A stretch of 63,914 nucleotides of DNA from Octopus bimaculoides (GCF_001194135.2 NC_068988.1:71478214-71542127), one strand, 5' to 3'. Shown: positions 24,974 to 38,379, counted from the stretch's first letter. The notes: generated by a model from the letters alone, not told the origin. A program made the numbers and translations.

Positions 24974-26297
24974 GTACACATACATACATAAATGCATACA
25001 TACATATTTACATAATATATGTACGCATGCGTATATTCATTTATGACGAGATCCTCCGTACAGTTTCCATCTAGTCTCCGAAGTATGGTAGAAGACGTTT
25101 GTCAGATGTGCAATACAGTTGATGGAGGCGGGAACTACGTGGCTGCGGTGCGAATTTCTCAACAAAACAATTATGGCCGCTTAATGGTACGGTACTGGCT
25201 TGTTTTGCATATGTCTAAATAAACAAAACCGAAACTGTCGAGAAAGATGAGACGAAAATTAAGAATTGCTAGAAGAAACAATTATTGAAATTTTATTAAT
25301 CTTCGACAAAACTCATCGTACACTTTTGTTGCAGAAAAATAGTTAACACAAAAGAGACATAATTAGGGAAGGAAATAAGAAGTACTCTGACAATCAATGG
25401 GATATAAATAGCTTTAAATAGTTTTTCGTGTCTAGACAATGATTAAGTCATCACTTTTAAATTGTATTTGCACTAGATAAGAACGCTTCGGACGTAACCC
25501 GAATATGTTATGTGTTATAACCACAATGTATGCTGCAATTCATTTGGTATTGAATTTTATTACCGTCGATTTTTTACAAAGTTGATTTTTATCTAATTTT
25601 GAGAAGTAAAATAATAAAACAGCATTAACATACTGTGACATTTCAGTAACATATTTATTTCAGTTAAAAAATGTCTTGGAAAATGGATAATAAAAGAATA
25701 TTGAATTTTGTGTACAGAACATAAAGTATCCTAGAAGTATTAATACAAAAAACATTTACGTTTTTCATGGCAAAAAATCCTTTACCTCAGTGTAAAAACA
25801 ATTACACTAATACATACATATATAATAAGGAAAATCATTTCCATGTACGCGCGCACACATACACACAAGCACACACATATTCGTTAATTAAGCATAGTAA
25901 TGATGGTTAATATCGAAAATATTGGCGGATGATTATAAGAAATGTGTTTATAACTAATAGCAGTTTCTGTATCTTACTTAATATGGATGTTTTATAAGAG
26001 TGCCGTTAGACTTCAGAATTCGTGCTGAGGAAATCTCACGTATAGACATCTAGTGCACAGCAGCACAAGGATATGGGCAGTAGACAGGAAATGTCCAGCA
26101 ACGATATAAGAAACTACTATATCAGGTACTTTCAGCGTGTTTTGCGCCTTCTCAGCAGTAGATTCGACTAACCGCATGCTAGTTAAATCTCCCTTCCATC
26201 GAGATCCTGAGAAAGAACATCTATTCAGTAAGTGCTGACGCTATCAGCCGACAGGCCTGGCGAAAACACTACGATATCACGTGAACCTGTTAAATCA

Positions 26298-26375
26298 CGA
26301 ATTTGAACTTAGAATGAAAAGACGGACAGAATGCCGCTAAGTATTTTTCCGGCATACTAACGATACTGCCACCTG
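26298..26375 (-). mobile_element. SINE family B head fragment
   Basis: gaatttgaacttagaatg...ctaacgatactgcc. Confidence 0.6.
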
Positions 26376-26383
26376 GTTACTTC

Positions 26384-26463
<80 letters not shown>

Positions 26464-26474
26464 TAATAATAATG
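26384..26474 (+). repeat. (AAT)n microsatellite
   Basis: Direct reading. Confidence 0.95.
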
Positions 26475-27419
26475 CGGGATGTTTAACATGTGAGAACGGT
26501 AAAACACTGCACCAAAATCAATCCCAAAACATCGGGAATAAAACAGTAAATGGAACCTAAAATAACTGACAAGGTGTTGGACTATATCCGTGTTAGTAAT
26601 ACTCATTAAAATATATTTTTATTTTCCAAATGAAATGATGTACTATAATTGTGTACCATCTCTGTCACTCGCACAATACGTATAACTATGCTCGCAATAT
26701 TACGGTTCAAATGAACAACAGACTGTCTCCGTCTCCAACCATCATACACAAAAAAAAAACAGGAAAATAAATTAAATAGCACCCGTATTATTCAACCCAA
26801 GAATGACAAACGAAAATTGCGTACTTCAAACTTATTACACAAAAAGTACGAAAATCTACACGTGCAAAACCATTTAACACCAGAAATGAACGGACTAGTC
26901 CCTTAAGAAAATGATGACCACCAAAATAAAGGGTTGGACGTTACCCCTGATGTCCCGCAAATAAAATCAAAAAATCATAAATGGACATAAGAGTAATATA
27001 TTTCTATCATCTATGCTTATTTCACAGCAGTGCTCTACTCACAGAACGAAAGCACAGCAATATATACATATAAAATATGGAAGGAAAATAGCCTAGATTT
27101 GGATATGTTGATGAACCAACATAAGAAGATACATTTGTAAAAAAAAAAGAAATATCAGAAATTGAAATAGAGCATTTGAAAGAAGAAGTGCACCAGGAAA
27201 ACGTAGACCGTGACCATACAACAATGCCAAATAATAACATAAGTCCTGCGACTGTAAAAGATAGACGTAACATGTGCAACGGAAACGCAGTAAGTAACGA
27301 AGCACAACAAACATAAACTGTACGAATGCATGATGATGAACAAAATACACCAAACCAAAGCACCAGAGACAAAAATATATAATCGTGAAAGTATGCGGCA
27401 CAAACCTAAAATCTGGAAA

Positions 27420-27652
27420 AGGTGCATTAAGTATGATTAAAAAAACATTCAGACAAATACATAAGCAAAGCAGCACGACATACAAACGTATATAACATAC
27501 AGAAAATAGCACTACTAGACACCGCGCACACACGACGTAAAGCACTAACAATACTGGAGCAAAAAGAGCACCACAAGCCACAGAACATACCCAAGCCACA
27601 CACAGCTGCGTTCGGTAGTGCAGTGAAAGCACGTGATAAAAATACGACTGCG

Positions 27653-27683
<31 letters not shown>
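27420..27683 (+). mobile_element. R4/Dong-like non-LTR element 3' end with (AAT)n tail
   Basis: GALSMIKK...NVYNIQKIALLDTAH matches the C-terminal QK.AL.GTA.ILR motif after a restriction-like endonuclease, then a short 3' UTR and (aat)n. Confidence 0.7.
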
Positions 27684-27684
<1 letters not shown>

Positions 27685-27689
27685 GGGAT

Positions 27690-28019
27690 GACGGGAGAAT
27701 GACAGCGAAACGGGCTGATTACTACCTAGCTCATATACCAGGAAACCCCAAAATGGCTGAAGTTCAAAAGATAGTGCTCATGGGAACTGCCCATATCCTA
27801 CGTAAAATACTGTCTATGTGATCGCAAATTTTAAAACAAACACATAATTTTATTATGGTTTCATAAATATTCTCTAGAACAACACTATGTACAAATCGAA
27901 ATATATGGTACTCTAGACATAACACCTACATGAACTTCTAACTTGTTGTCTCTTGAGGTCTCTGGGTGAGACTTGGATCCAACTTGTACAAATGCAAAGC
28001 AAAAGTCAAACATTAAATG

Positions 28020-28083
<64 letters not shown>
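27690..28083 (+). mobile_element. Second R4/Dong-like family 3' end with (TAA)n tail
   Basis: ADYYLAHIPGNPKMAEVQKIVLMGTAHILRKILSM* (to 27821), ~200-nt UTR, then (taa)n at 28019-28083. Confidence 0.75.
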
Positions 28084-28339
28084 GGAAACCGTAGATAGTG
28101 ACCATAACACAATGACAAATAATGACATAAATACTGGGACTGTAAAAGATACACGTAACAGGTGCAACAAAAGCGAAGTATGGATATGAGGTGACGGGTG
28201 CTTGATACCAACGTACACCGAAAATGCAATGGACGAAACGATGGAGGCAAACATCTTATCAAACGGGTAGTCATGATAAGTATACTAGGCTTCGTATATT
28301 TTACCCCCAGTGTCCTCCATCCTTCTTTGTTTTGTTTTT

Positions 28340-29620
28340 CCGCTTATTGGTGCATGATTAAACAAGCTCCATTCATTCAGGTCATTCTTACTACATTCGC
28401 ACACGATTTTACAAATTTACTGAAGAACGGCTCCGTTGTCTCTGCCCTTACTTTCCTTTCCAAGTGGAACTTGAATGAATCGATGTAGTCTTGGCCGAAA
28501 TGAGAAGTGTTTACCTTCAATCTTTTCAGTTTAGTCCATTACACAACCTCTTTCTACATAGCTACCAGCCAGAGGAAAACTGCCTGCTCGGCCAAAGGAA
28601 GAAGGCGAATGATCTTCGCGATGGTACTGGCCAATAGCTAGATCCGTCCTACACTTAATAGTAACTGTTCTAATTAACTCCACACGTCATCTATATCCAG
28701 CACTGCACGAGCGCGTGCATGATGGCTTCGTAACTTTGTGCGAATCTTGGGCAAGCCCGACTGACGGCACTTCCATGCCTGAAGAACTTCTTTCGAAACA
28801 GCAATGCTCCTTTGTAGCAACGCCAACTCAGGAATTTCTGGAAATTATCTATAGGTCCTGACACGAAAATCTTCCGAAAAAGAACAAGTGAGACATTTAT
28901 CATTGGCTCCCAGAATCTTACTTCTCTAAGCATCCACCGATTGCATTGCCCGACAGGCAGAGGGCTGTGAGCACGTGAGAGTATTCTAAGTGCCAGATGC
29001 AACTATACCAACTCACCGTCAAGTAAACCTAAGCGCATGTTTGAATGTCATTAGCAACGGCACTCCCAGTCCTTCACGTGGCACATGTTGACAGTAAATA
29101 GACTGTCAGACTAGCAGAATGCGTCCCCAGATCAGAAAACGGAAGGACAAGCGTTCCTTTCTGATCAGCTATTATTCAGGGCAATGAACGACGGCCAGGT
29201 AGTTGCGGATAACGGATCAAACATAGGGATTTGACCTTCCACGGATAGTTTCCTCTCCGCCCACTTCTTGATGAAACTAGCCACAGTGCCCGTCAACTCT
29301 TCCCCGTTCTTGTCCATCTGGAAACTGAGAGGAAATTTAATCGGATTGTCTGTCCAACGCCCTACAACACTTTTTGGTTGCATGTATTTGCTCCCAGGGG
29401 CCCGAGCTGAAGGCTTAACGACTTCTTAAATTTTCCTGTCACCGCCTCATATGCGGTGTCGACAAACTCGATGTCGACAAACCCGGTGTTTTCCTCGTGA
29501 AGCACTATTAGGGTGTTGTCTTCTGCATATGCAAACACGGATCTTCCGTATCCTAGTTCTCGCAGGATGCTCCTGGAAGCCTTTTGGTTTGTGGTTGTCG
29601 CTTTTGGTAGTACGTTCAAA
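28340..29620 (-). mobile_element. Tx1/L1-clade non-LTR retrotransposon, 5'-truncated decayed ORF2 (RT C-terminal half onward)
   Basis: Minus-strand peptides SVFAYAEDNTLIV (YADD-like), AYEAVTGKFKKSLSLQLG, QMDKNGEELTGTVASFIKKWAERKLSVEG, FKFHLERKVRAE resemble Tx1-type RT and downstream domains; frameshifted; GC-richer than flanks. Confidence 0.75.
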
Positions 29621-30779
29621 ACAAAATAAACTTAAGATCTGAACATAGGGAAAATTACAACCAGTTTCATAAATCTGCCACCTATATCACTTCCTCGTCT
29701 GAAAATACTTGCCGGATCGAAACCACTAGATTCTGAAGATGGGGAAAATGAGAAAAACAGCATTTAAATATTTCAGAGAGTGCGTAGATTCATAATGAGA
29801 AATATTCATTCCTCAACACTAAAACAGAATTCATGTAATTTATATATATACTAAATGCAGAAAAACGGAGTGCAGTACACACAAAACACTTGAACCCTCA
29901 TAACACAATATTAATGAACCCAGAATGAGTAATATATCTTGACAGGACCAACGTACATCGACCATAGCAACATAACAAAACAAAACTCAGAGAAATAAAT
30001 AAGAAATGTGAAAATAGCTTCAAGATAATTCCACAGGTGATCAGGAAAGTGGCCATGCCATTAGATTTCCAAGCTTACAGAGCTTCATGACAACAGGAGT
30101 AACAAATGCACAGTTGCGTAAAATTGTCCATACAAACATAATATGTGAATACAAATAGTATACAAGAACATGTATAAGTAAAATACAAGCGGGATCTATA
30201 ATATATTCTTTGAAATGACGCTCAAAATCAGTAGGACAAATAGCATAATTCAATCAATAACCATGTCAGTATGGAGAGAAAAGATTCGAACTTAATAGTT
30301 AAAGTTTTCCTGTGTCTAAGCCCACACACCCAAAAGTGAAAACGATAGATAATTTGGAAAAAATATTCGTGTTATTCTTCAGAAACCAACTCAAACAACA
30401 CAAAAACTATAAAATCAGGAATAGAGAAGACATCCTGAAAGCAAAGAAAACTTGAAAAGAATATCTGACAGCTGCGACATGATGGTTAAACTATTCGAAA
30501 AGGGTGAGCGCCATGTCGACCAGGATCATGCATTTAAATCGAATACAAAATATCCTACAGGGACATCAAGTAAAGAAAAAAATAGTTGGTTGAATGATTT
30601 ACCAATTTTAACAGGAATACAAACACATTAGAAATACATACAGAAAGAAAATTCCGAGCCTAATAACATCATTGAAATGGTTCTACAACTAACGGTGAAC
30701 TGGCAAATGGAAAGCTTCCGGAATTAATGAATCTTCCAATTTTTGTTTAAGTTATATACATGAAGCTGAAACAATATTA

Positions 30780-31750
30780 TTCAATGAGTTGGAGTTGCAA
30801 CTGATAGCAAAGCCAACATCCGATTGATTAGTTGAGGAGAAAACAACTTCAAATTCCAAAGTAAAAACACCAAGAAACACACAACCTGTTAACCAAAAAT
30901 AAACAATACTAAGTTCTATACTCTCCAATAGGCTGACTAGCCATCTTGAAAATAATATCTAAATATAAGAAATCAAATATGTCGGAGAAAGATATATGGA
31001 GGAAAAGAAGAGACATTGGTGTCCCGAACATTTACTGGAAAGACTATGCAAAATATACGACTATATGCATACCAGACTCCTGCATATCAGTGATAGTGTA
31101 CACAAGGGAGATAGCAGTAATACTAAGACGATATATAATAGACGCCATGTCAAACTAGAAAACATTAATTGTAACTCAACTTAAAAAGATGATAAAACCA
31201 ATCCTTTTCTTATAACAAAAGATACCATTCGCTTAACTGATTTATTTTTGCTTCAAATTCATTAACAAATTTGTTGAATCAAATTAGCAAAGAATACAAA
31301 TGCTATATGGAAAAGCTGTACAGTATCTCATTCATATTGATAATCTAAAACTACTGGCAAAACGATAATCGGCTATAGAACTATTTTCTCCATTCGAAAA
31401 CCAACCAGAATCAGAAAACTTATATAAGAATGAAAACTATAGTAGTTACAGGCAAGAAGGAGCCTGGTACTGAAAGCAATCTGTTAGAGGGAAACCTAAG
31501 TAAGTCTAGAAAAATACGTAAAACCTTGCCCAGCATAAAGATAAACATAAAATAAAAACGAGAAGCCAATTAACCCCGGGAAAATATTGATAGTGACAAA
31601 ACAACTGTAAAGGTACTTAAAGAAGGAAACATAAAATCAAGGAGACTCAAGATTATACAAAGAAGAAATGGGAGGGAAAGGATCTCTCTAAAGTAAAAAC
31701 CCTGCAAATTTGGAATAGAGAAAGGGGACCAATATAATATCAACAATATT
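30780..31750 (+). mobile_element. Heavily decayed R4/Dong-like RT region
   Basis: Fragments ILSSILSNRLTSHLENNI, CRRKIYGGKE, YWKDYAKY...IPDSCI (cf. AWIDYKKAFDSVPHSWI), IDNLKLLAK (cf. YxDDLKL) and a RLY...EGG.G-like stretch in RT order; may extend upstream to ~29900. Confidence 0.5.
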
Positions 31751-32598
31751 TTACGTTACTAAATGTATTTCTATTTGACTAGGGACACAAAAATGACTTG
31801 TTTTACAGGAGATATTAAAGCCTTGTTGTTATTAATTTGTATAGTAGTAAATAAAGTAAATTTGCTTCAAATTCTAATCGAATATACACCAATTATTCGG
31901 TTAACTGAGAAGCTCTTACTCTAAGACCCAAACACAGACTGATAACAAGTAAAACTTGTCTTTGACACGGTACTATATTTCCCGGGTAGCACATATGATT
32001 CATTAGGAAGTCATGCTTTATTTATCAAGTGCTGAAAGAGTTAGTCAAATATTTTCTTTATTGTTACTCAGCGAATTGAAATAAAGTTTATTTTCTGAAA
32101 TTTAATGCCATTAGCCATGTGATTTCGCAGAAGCTGTATTTCAGATTCATCTTTAAACCATTGGACTGCACTGCATATTTTTTGTTAAATATACAATGTA
32201 ATAGACAGGAAGAAAACACTCAACAAAATATCCAAATATCCTGAGAGATATGGTTATGTCATTCAGCTAAAGTGTAAATGTTTTTCATTGCACTGCATTT
32301 GCCGTTCCCTAAGCGAATGTAGAGATGAAAGATGAAATGAAAGCTTGATCGAATAGGAGTTAATATATGCTTTCTCAGATATGAAGTTTGACACTTTAGT
32401 GACACTTCAATGGATATTCGAATCTGGCAGACCTCAAAAAAAAATATACTGAATTATATTATTTTAAAGGAGTTCTATAGATTTCTCTTGCTGGCTAAAT
32501 GTATTGAATTGAAGTTATTCAGTTGATGGTGCATTATAAATGAATTTTGACATCTTTCATATTATTCTTATGTTTTTTTTATTATTATTAATATTATT

Positions 32599-32812
32599 AA
32601 GGTGGTGAGCTGGCAGAAACGTTAGCACGCCGGGCGAAATGCTTAGCAGTATTCCGTCTGTCTGTACGTTCTTAGTTCAAATTCCGCCAAGGTCGACATT
32701 GCCTTCATCCTTTCGGGGTCGATAAATTAAGTACCAGCTGAGTACTGGGGACGATATAATCGACTTACCCCTCCCCTAAATTTCAAGCCTTGTAGCTATA
32801 GTAGGAAGGATT
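32599..32812 (+). mobile_element. SINE family B, full length
   Basis: aaggtggtgagctggcagaaacgttagcacgccggg head; catcctttcggggtcgataaattaagtacc core; a second degraded copy follows at ~32850-33050. Confidence 0.9.
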
Positions 32813-33029
32813 ATTATTAGTAGTAGTCGTCGTAGTAGTTATAGTAGTAAAATGAATCGTTGGCACGCCGGTCAAATTGATTAGTATTTCGTCCGTCTTC
32901 ACGTTCAGAGATGAAATACAGGCGAGGTCGACTTTGTCGTTCATCATTTCGGTGTCGGTGAACTAAATATTAATTGAGCTCTGAGGTCGAAATAATTGAT
33001 TTAACCCCTCCCCGAAATTGCTGGTTTTG

Positions 33030-33760
33030 TGCCAAAATTTGAAATTATTATTCTTTAATTTTAATCTGCATTTTTGTTACAATCACTCGCCGAGACACCC
33101 ACCCTCCTAGATCAAGTAAAGGATAATAGATGTTACAGTATAACTGAAAGCTTTTTGAGTGGCAGGGGCAGTAGCGAAATATCTGCATGTAATACAACAC
33201 ATACATTTAAATTGATAGGAGCATTCTAAGTTTGTGGGTAGTATTTATCAGCACAATCTTTGGATTTCTTTCAGACATGGTTCTCCTATGATATTATCAA
33301 GACGTTTCTGACATCCCTTTCTCATCATACCTAGGACACCCACAATCACTGAAACAGTTCTCGCTTTAAGATGTTACATCTTTTGTATCTCAATTGCCAG
33401 GTCTTTAGAGTTACTTAATTTTTATCAGTGGTAACATTTACATCTATTAGTCTACAAGTATTTTCTTCGCAGGCGTTAATTATCATGTATGGCAGAGTAG
33501 CATGGATCGTTCTGTCAGTGTTGACTGGAAAATCATAGAGGATAGTGACATTTCAACGACTAGCCCAGGATGATGTTCATACCAGTAAGCAGGAGTGCTG
33601 ATTTTGCAGTGTTTGAATATTTTCCAATGTAAATACTGTCCTGCCCTATCGTAACGATTTTTGTATTCGTTTGGTGTCAGCACAGGATGCTCCGTTGCTT
33701 CATCAAATGTATCGCAGAATCCGCATTCAATAGCATTTGCCTGGTAGTTTTTGGTATGCA
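33030..33760 (-). mobile_element. R4/Dong-like 3' fragment (CCHC region + REL endonuclease)
   Basis: CGFCD...EH.PVL..NEY..RYDRAGQYLHWKI...WYEHHP; DFPVNTDRT; RLIDVNV; IVGVLGMMRKG; KLRMLLSI*. Confidence 0.7.
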
Positions 33761-33774
33761 AGCTTTGATATTAT

Positions 33775-34690
33775 TATTATTATGGTTGTTGTTGTTTTTG
33801 TTGTTGTTGTTGTTGTTGATATTCAGTACTCTTACTTTTATAAGAGCTTTCACTGAAATACCGAGCGGTATGTGCTGTGGTGCTGTTATTTTCATTGTAT
33901 TGAAAATGTATTACTAGGATGTGTGCGGTGTCTGGGAGTGCTATTTTCTGTATATTATATATACATGTATGTCCCGGTGATTTTGTTATGTATTTGTCTG
34001 ATTTTTTTTTTTCATACTTAATGCGCCTATTATGATAGGAATTGTTTTTGTTTTTAGGCTCAACATTCGAGTTACCTCTTTTTCCAGATCTTTGTATTTT
34101 GATAGTTTCTCCGTTTCTTTCATCTGTCGAAAATGATACATCGATTAGACGCATTTTTTTCTTGATCTCGACAACTTTATCCGGCCTATTGGCCTTAACG
34201 TCTCTAGCTGTGTGTATTGGCATATCCCAGAATATGGTTGTTTCTCATTTTTTGTGTCCTTTTCAGGGGTGTGCCTATACCATCTTTTTTCTATTGTTAT
34301 TCGATAATGTTAGCATAGCTTCCAGTGTATATATGTCCCAACTCTTTCGTGTCTGTGAATATATTCCTTCTTAGCCAGGACTGGGCAGCCAGAGACAATA
34401 TGATTTATTGCTTCTTCTACATCACCACATATTCTGCAGTTACTTGTATTTCTTTTCATTATGTATTCTTGGTGATTTCTAGTAGGAAGGCTTTGATTTT
34501 GTGCTGCAATTAAAAATCATTCAGTCTCTGCTTTGAGCCCTGAGCTTCTCAACCATTGTTGGGATTTTGATCTATGTATTTCTTTTCTGTTTAGCTTGAT
34601 TTTATGTGCTATGTAACGGCTTTTCTTGCCATCATTTTATCACGATACGTTGCTGTTCCAGTTTTTGTTTGGATTTCGGTTGTTTTGCCG
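33775..34690 (-). mobile_element. R4/Dong-like 3' fragment with (AAT/AAC)n tail
   Basis: SQQWLRSSGLKAETE*FLIAAQNQSLPTRN, CRICGDVEEAINHIVSGCPVLAKKEYIHRHERVG, MPIHTARDVKANRPD...LIDVS, YNIQKIALPDTAHIL; tail at ~33775-33820; same family as 27420-27683. Confidence 0.85.
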
Positions 34691-35331
34691 CTTTTGTGGT
34701 TTCTTCCTTCTCTTCGTAGTTGTTAAGGACTATGATGTGATTGGCTTACCCCTTCCCTTCGAAATTGCGTGCCTTTTTGCCTAAATTAGAAATAATTTAT
34801 TATTCGGGTTGAGGATATGGACTAACCCGCTCACCTCGAAATCGCTTGTTTTGAGCATAAATTAGAAGAAAATATTGTTCTTTTATGCAGCACTTCTTCA
34901 CAGTAATCATGTAAATGCAGATAAGATTTCTGAACAATATATGAATCATAAAGAAAAAAGCGAAAAACAGGACAGTAACTGTGCTTCGTTCTTTTCATCT
35001 ATCGTATGCATGAAACGGCAAACGCGATAAGACATGGCACAGTTCCTTCATGAGCAATGAGTTCGAATATACAGTTGATCACACTTTGTTTCTCTGGACA
35101 CTTTACTTTACGAATTACACCGAACAACAATTTCTTTAAAATTTTCCGTTGCTTGAGATGTTTTTACTTATTCTGTCGTTTTGTGTTAATATCAAGTCTG
35201 TAATCAATTTTGCTGTCCATGCTCTAGTTTTCTTGCAATTTGAAGATTAACTTTTTATACATTTATAGTTAAATTTTACATATTGCGATACATATATAGT
35301 CGTTACAAAGATTTGACAATTGTGTTTTATC

Positions 35332-36430
35332 ATGGCTTCGTAACATTGACACAGATGTGTAAATAATCCTGATGGCTTCTGCAATGTCTATAGTTTCTTC
35401 AAATATATTCGTCAAATGATCAATGCCACATTGTTTGTGAGACGGTATTATAAAGCCCATTTTGGAATTGAAATTCTATTAAATGACCAAGACCAAAAAT
35501 TGGCTCCTCATCTTGTATATCATATCATGAAGAAATGCTTCGTGACTGGATAAAAGGAAAACGGTTTGACGAGAGCCCAGGGAAGACACAAGTCACTGCA
35601 ACTATTGTATAGTCAACATAAAATGCATCGGCAAGAAAAAGAGGCGTAAAAATCTTATCCCAATATTCCTTCAGGAATTAGACCTATTATGCACTCTGAG
35701 ACACTCCTGGTTCCGGTTTTCCTGGGTTTACCTCTTCAGAAAATGAAGCTAGCGAACAAGATGATAACGAAGATCAAGTAATTACTTCAGAGTTTTTGCG
35801 GTGCCGAAAGAATTCAACTCCTAAACAGTTTAGCTAAACAGAACTGAACGATATGAGACTCTCCAAGGCTACAGCTAAAGTTTTAGCGTCCAGGCAGCAA
35901 GAAAAATATCTACTTGACCACACTGCAAAGATCTTTTATTTTCGAAAGCGAGACCAGATTTTTATGTCATATAATTTTTTTTTTTTTTCAGAAGAGAAAC
36001 ACTTTGTTTACTGCCATGATATTCTCAATCTTCTCCAGAAATTAGGAATCCCTTCGTACAGTTCAACTGACTGGCGACTATTTCTAGATAGTTTAAAGCG
36101 CAGTCTAAAGTATGTTATCCTACACAATGGTAATGTTTATAGAGCTGTTCCTGTTGGTCAGTCAATGTGTTTGCAAGAATACACTGACATAAAAATAGTT
36201 ATTGACCGACTACAATATCATGAGTACTAAACTCTATTTCCTACATAGTCACCTCGATCAATTCCCTGAAGACCTTGGAGTGCTGAAGAAAGAGAGTACT
36301 TCCACCAAGACTATGGAAGAGCGTTATCAAGAGTGATAGGACATAAACATGATGGTAGACTACTACTGATGCATTAAACGGGATTTTCCTGAGAAAGTCT
36401 ACAAACGCAAGAGCTCCAAGCGCAAATTCT
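35332..36430 (+). mobile_element. Decayed, internally deleted Chapaev3-like (CMC) DNA transposase
   Basis: MAS..CVNNPDGFC, DQDQK.APH, REP..DTSHCNYC, YPNIPSGIRPIMHS, DWRLFLDSLKRSLKYVILHNGN, LHSHLDQFPEDLG, MEERYQ...MMVDYY...KRKS; family assignment from recalled motif pattern. Confidence 0.7.
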
Positions 36431-36915
36431 ACTTGACCATACTGCAAAAAGTTCTTATTTTCGAAAGCGAGACCAGATTTTAATGTCATTTTTATGCCTA
36501 AATAAGATCTATTCGTGTTTTATCTACCTTCCTAATCAGTTTTTCAAATATGTACACCTATCATTTGTTTATAATAAACATTTTCAACTGATAAGAAGAT
36601 GGTGCAAAAAATGGGAACGTTATAACATTTATTTTACTCAGCATCGGAATAAGAAATATCATTTTTATAGCCTGATTTTTATTATATATTAACTCGTATA
36701 TATGAATAAAATTAGAATCTCAATGCATAGACTTTTGTTATTTTCCACCTAGTTTGAAGATAGTATAACTAGAAAATTATCAGATGGATTACCTCATATC
36801 TCGGGAAATCGAAATTTGGAAAACATAAAATCATTAATTGCCAAAAAACTAGAGCTTACGGAGAAAAACTAACTTCATTTGAATTCAGCACACTCAGATT
36901 TGGTAATACCAACTG

Positions 36916-38048
36916 TTGGTATCAACATTTTTGCCAGTGTTATTTATTTTGTTTATCATATATAATTGTTTCTATATTCCGTGTCAAAATGCACTTTGGT
37001 TAATTCCACTACCAGGTATATGTTTCAAAACTACTGGAAAAGTTATCAGGGGTATAATATTTGAATGCATAAATAACATTACGAAAATCTCTAGAAATTT
37101 TATATTGAAGTCCGATTTGTAGTTCCGCCAACACATTAACCCTAATTGAGAAAAATATGATAATGAATAAAATAAAATTAAAAGGTTGAAACAAACTTTA
37201 ATTTTCCTTTTCAAGTTGAATTTCTAATTATTTTGCATAGTTTAGAAATTTCACGTAGCACATGCGAGAGAAAGAGAATTAATGATTATTAAATTTGGTA
37301 ATTATTCTGTGATTCGAAACGTGAATATTAAGTAAAGAACGAACGTAAGAAAGAAAACTGAATAATTCATCAAGTTTCATGATATATTCTTTATTGGCAT
37401 TTTCAGATTACAGGTTAAATGTTGCTTAATGGTAAATGAGAGATGCATTGTGAAATATAGCTGCCTATATTCTCTCTGAGAAATTTATTAAAATGTTTTT
37501 ATGCAATGAAATATAATCCTTATAAAGTTGGCATTATTGTGACTTCTATAAAGTTTGAAAATAAACTAAATGATTTAGAAATATTAGATTTACTGACAAA
37601 TTTGGAACAACTCGATATACATGCGATTTAATATGAAGATCGATAAATATAATTAATGAGCTTTCTTAATAATTTTTCAACTCTAGCTCGTTTGAAGAAA
37701 TTACAATTAAAATTCATCCACCCATTTATATTTTCATAAGGAACATGCATATTATCGAAATCAGTGTAATAAATTTTCATTTTTCTATTGCTTTTGCATT
37801 TGTTGTTAAGAATCGAATATTGTGCAATAAGAGGAAGCAAGTTTAATGGGAAGTGCTGTTGATTGTTTTTGTACACAACCGAAGGAACAATGGCGGCAAT
37901 TAGAAAAAATAACACTATTTATATAATAATGCCTTCCATTATTGCAGAGAAAGTTTTTTAAAATAGTCCATGTTCATTCATGTTCCTAGTTAGACATCTT
38001 TTGCTCAATTTAAAATATCAACACACTTTCTTTTTTTATGGAATGACC
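36916..38048 (+). pseudogene. Possible decayed leucine-rich-repeat gene
   Basis: Frameshifted fragments: hydrophobic leader then CINNITKISRNF; FENKLNDLEILDLLTNLEQLDI; FSTLARLKKLQL; WRQLEKITL. AT-rich, so chance LxxLxL is possible. Confidence 0.25.
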
Positions 38049-38379
38049 NNNNNNNNNNNNNNNNNNNNNNNNNNNNNNNNNNNNNNNNNNNNNNNNNNNN
38101 NNNNNNNNNNNNNNNNNNNNNNNNNNNNNNNNNNNNNNNNNNNNNNNNNNNNNNNNNNNNNNNNNNNNNNNNNNNNNATTGTTTTTGTACACAACCGAAG
38201 GAACAATGGCGGCAATTAGAAAAAATAACACTATTTATATAATAATGCCTTCCATTATTGCAGAGAAAGTTTTTTAAAATAGTCCATGTTCATTCATGTT
38301 CCTAGTTAGACATCTTTTGCTCAATTTAAAATATCAACACACTTTCTTTTTTTATGGAATGACCCTGTTTTTCATAAAT

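Noticed and set aside
37862-38365. Exact ~190-bp duplication across gap (37862-38048 and 38178-38365)
   Set aside because: Same gap-flanking overlap artefact.
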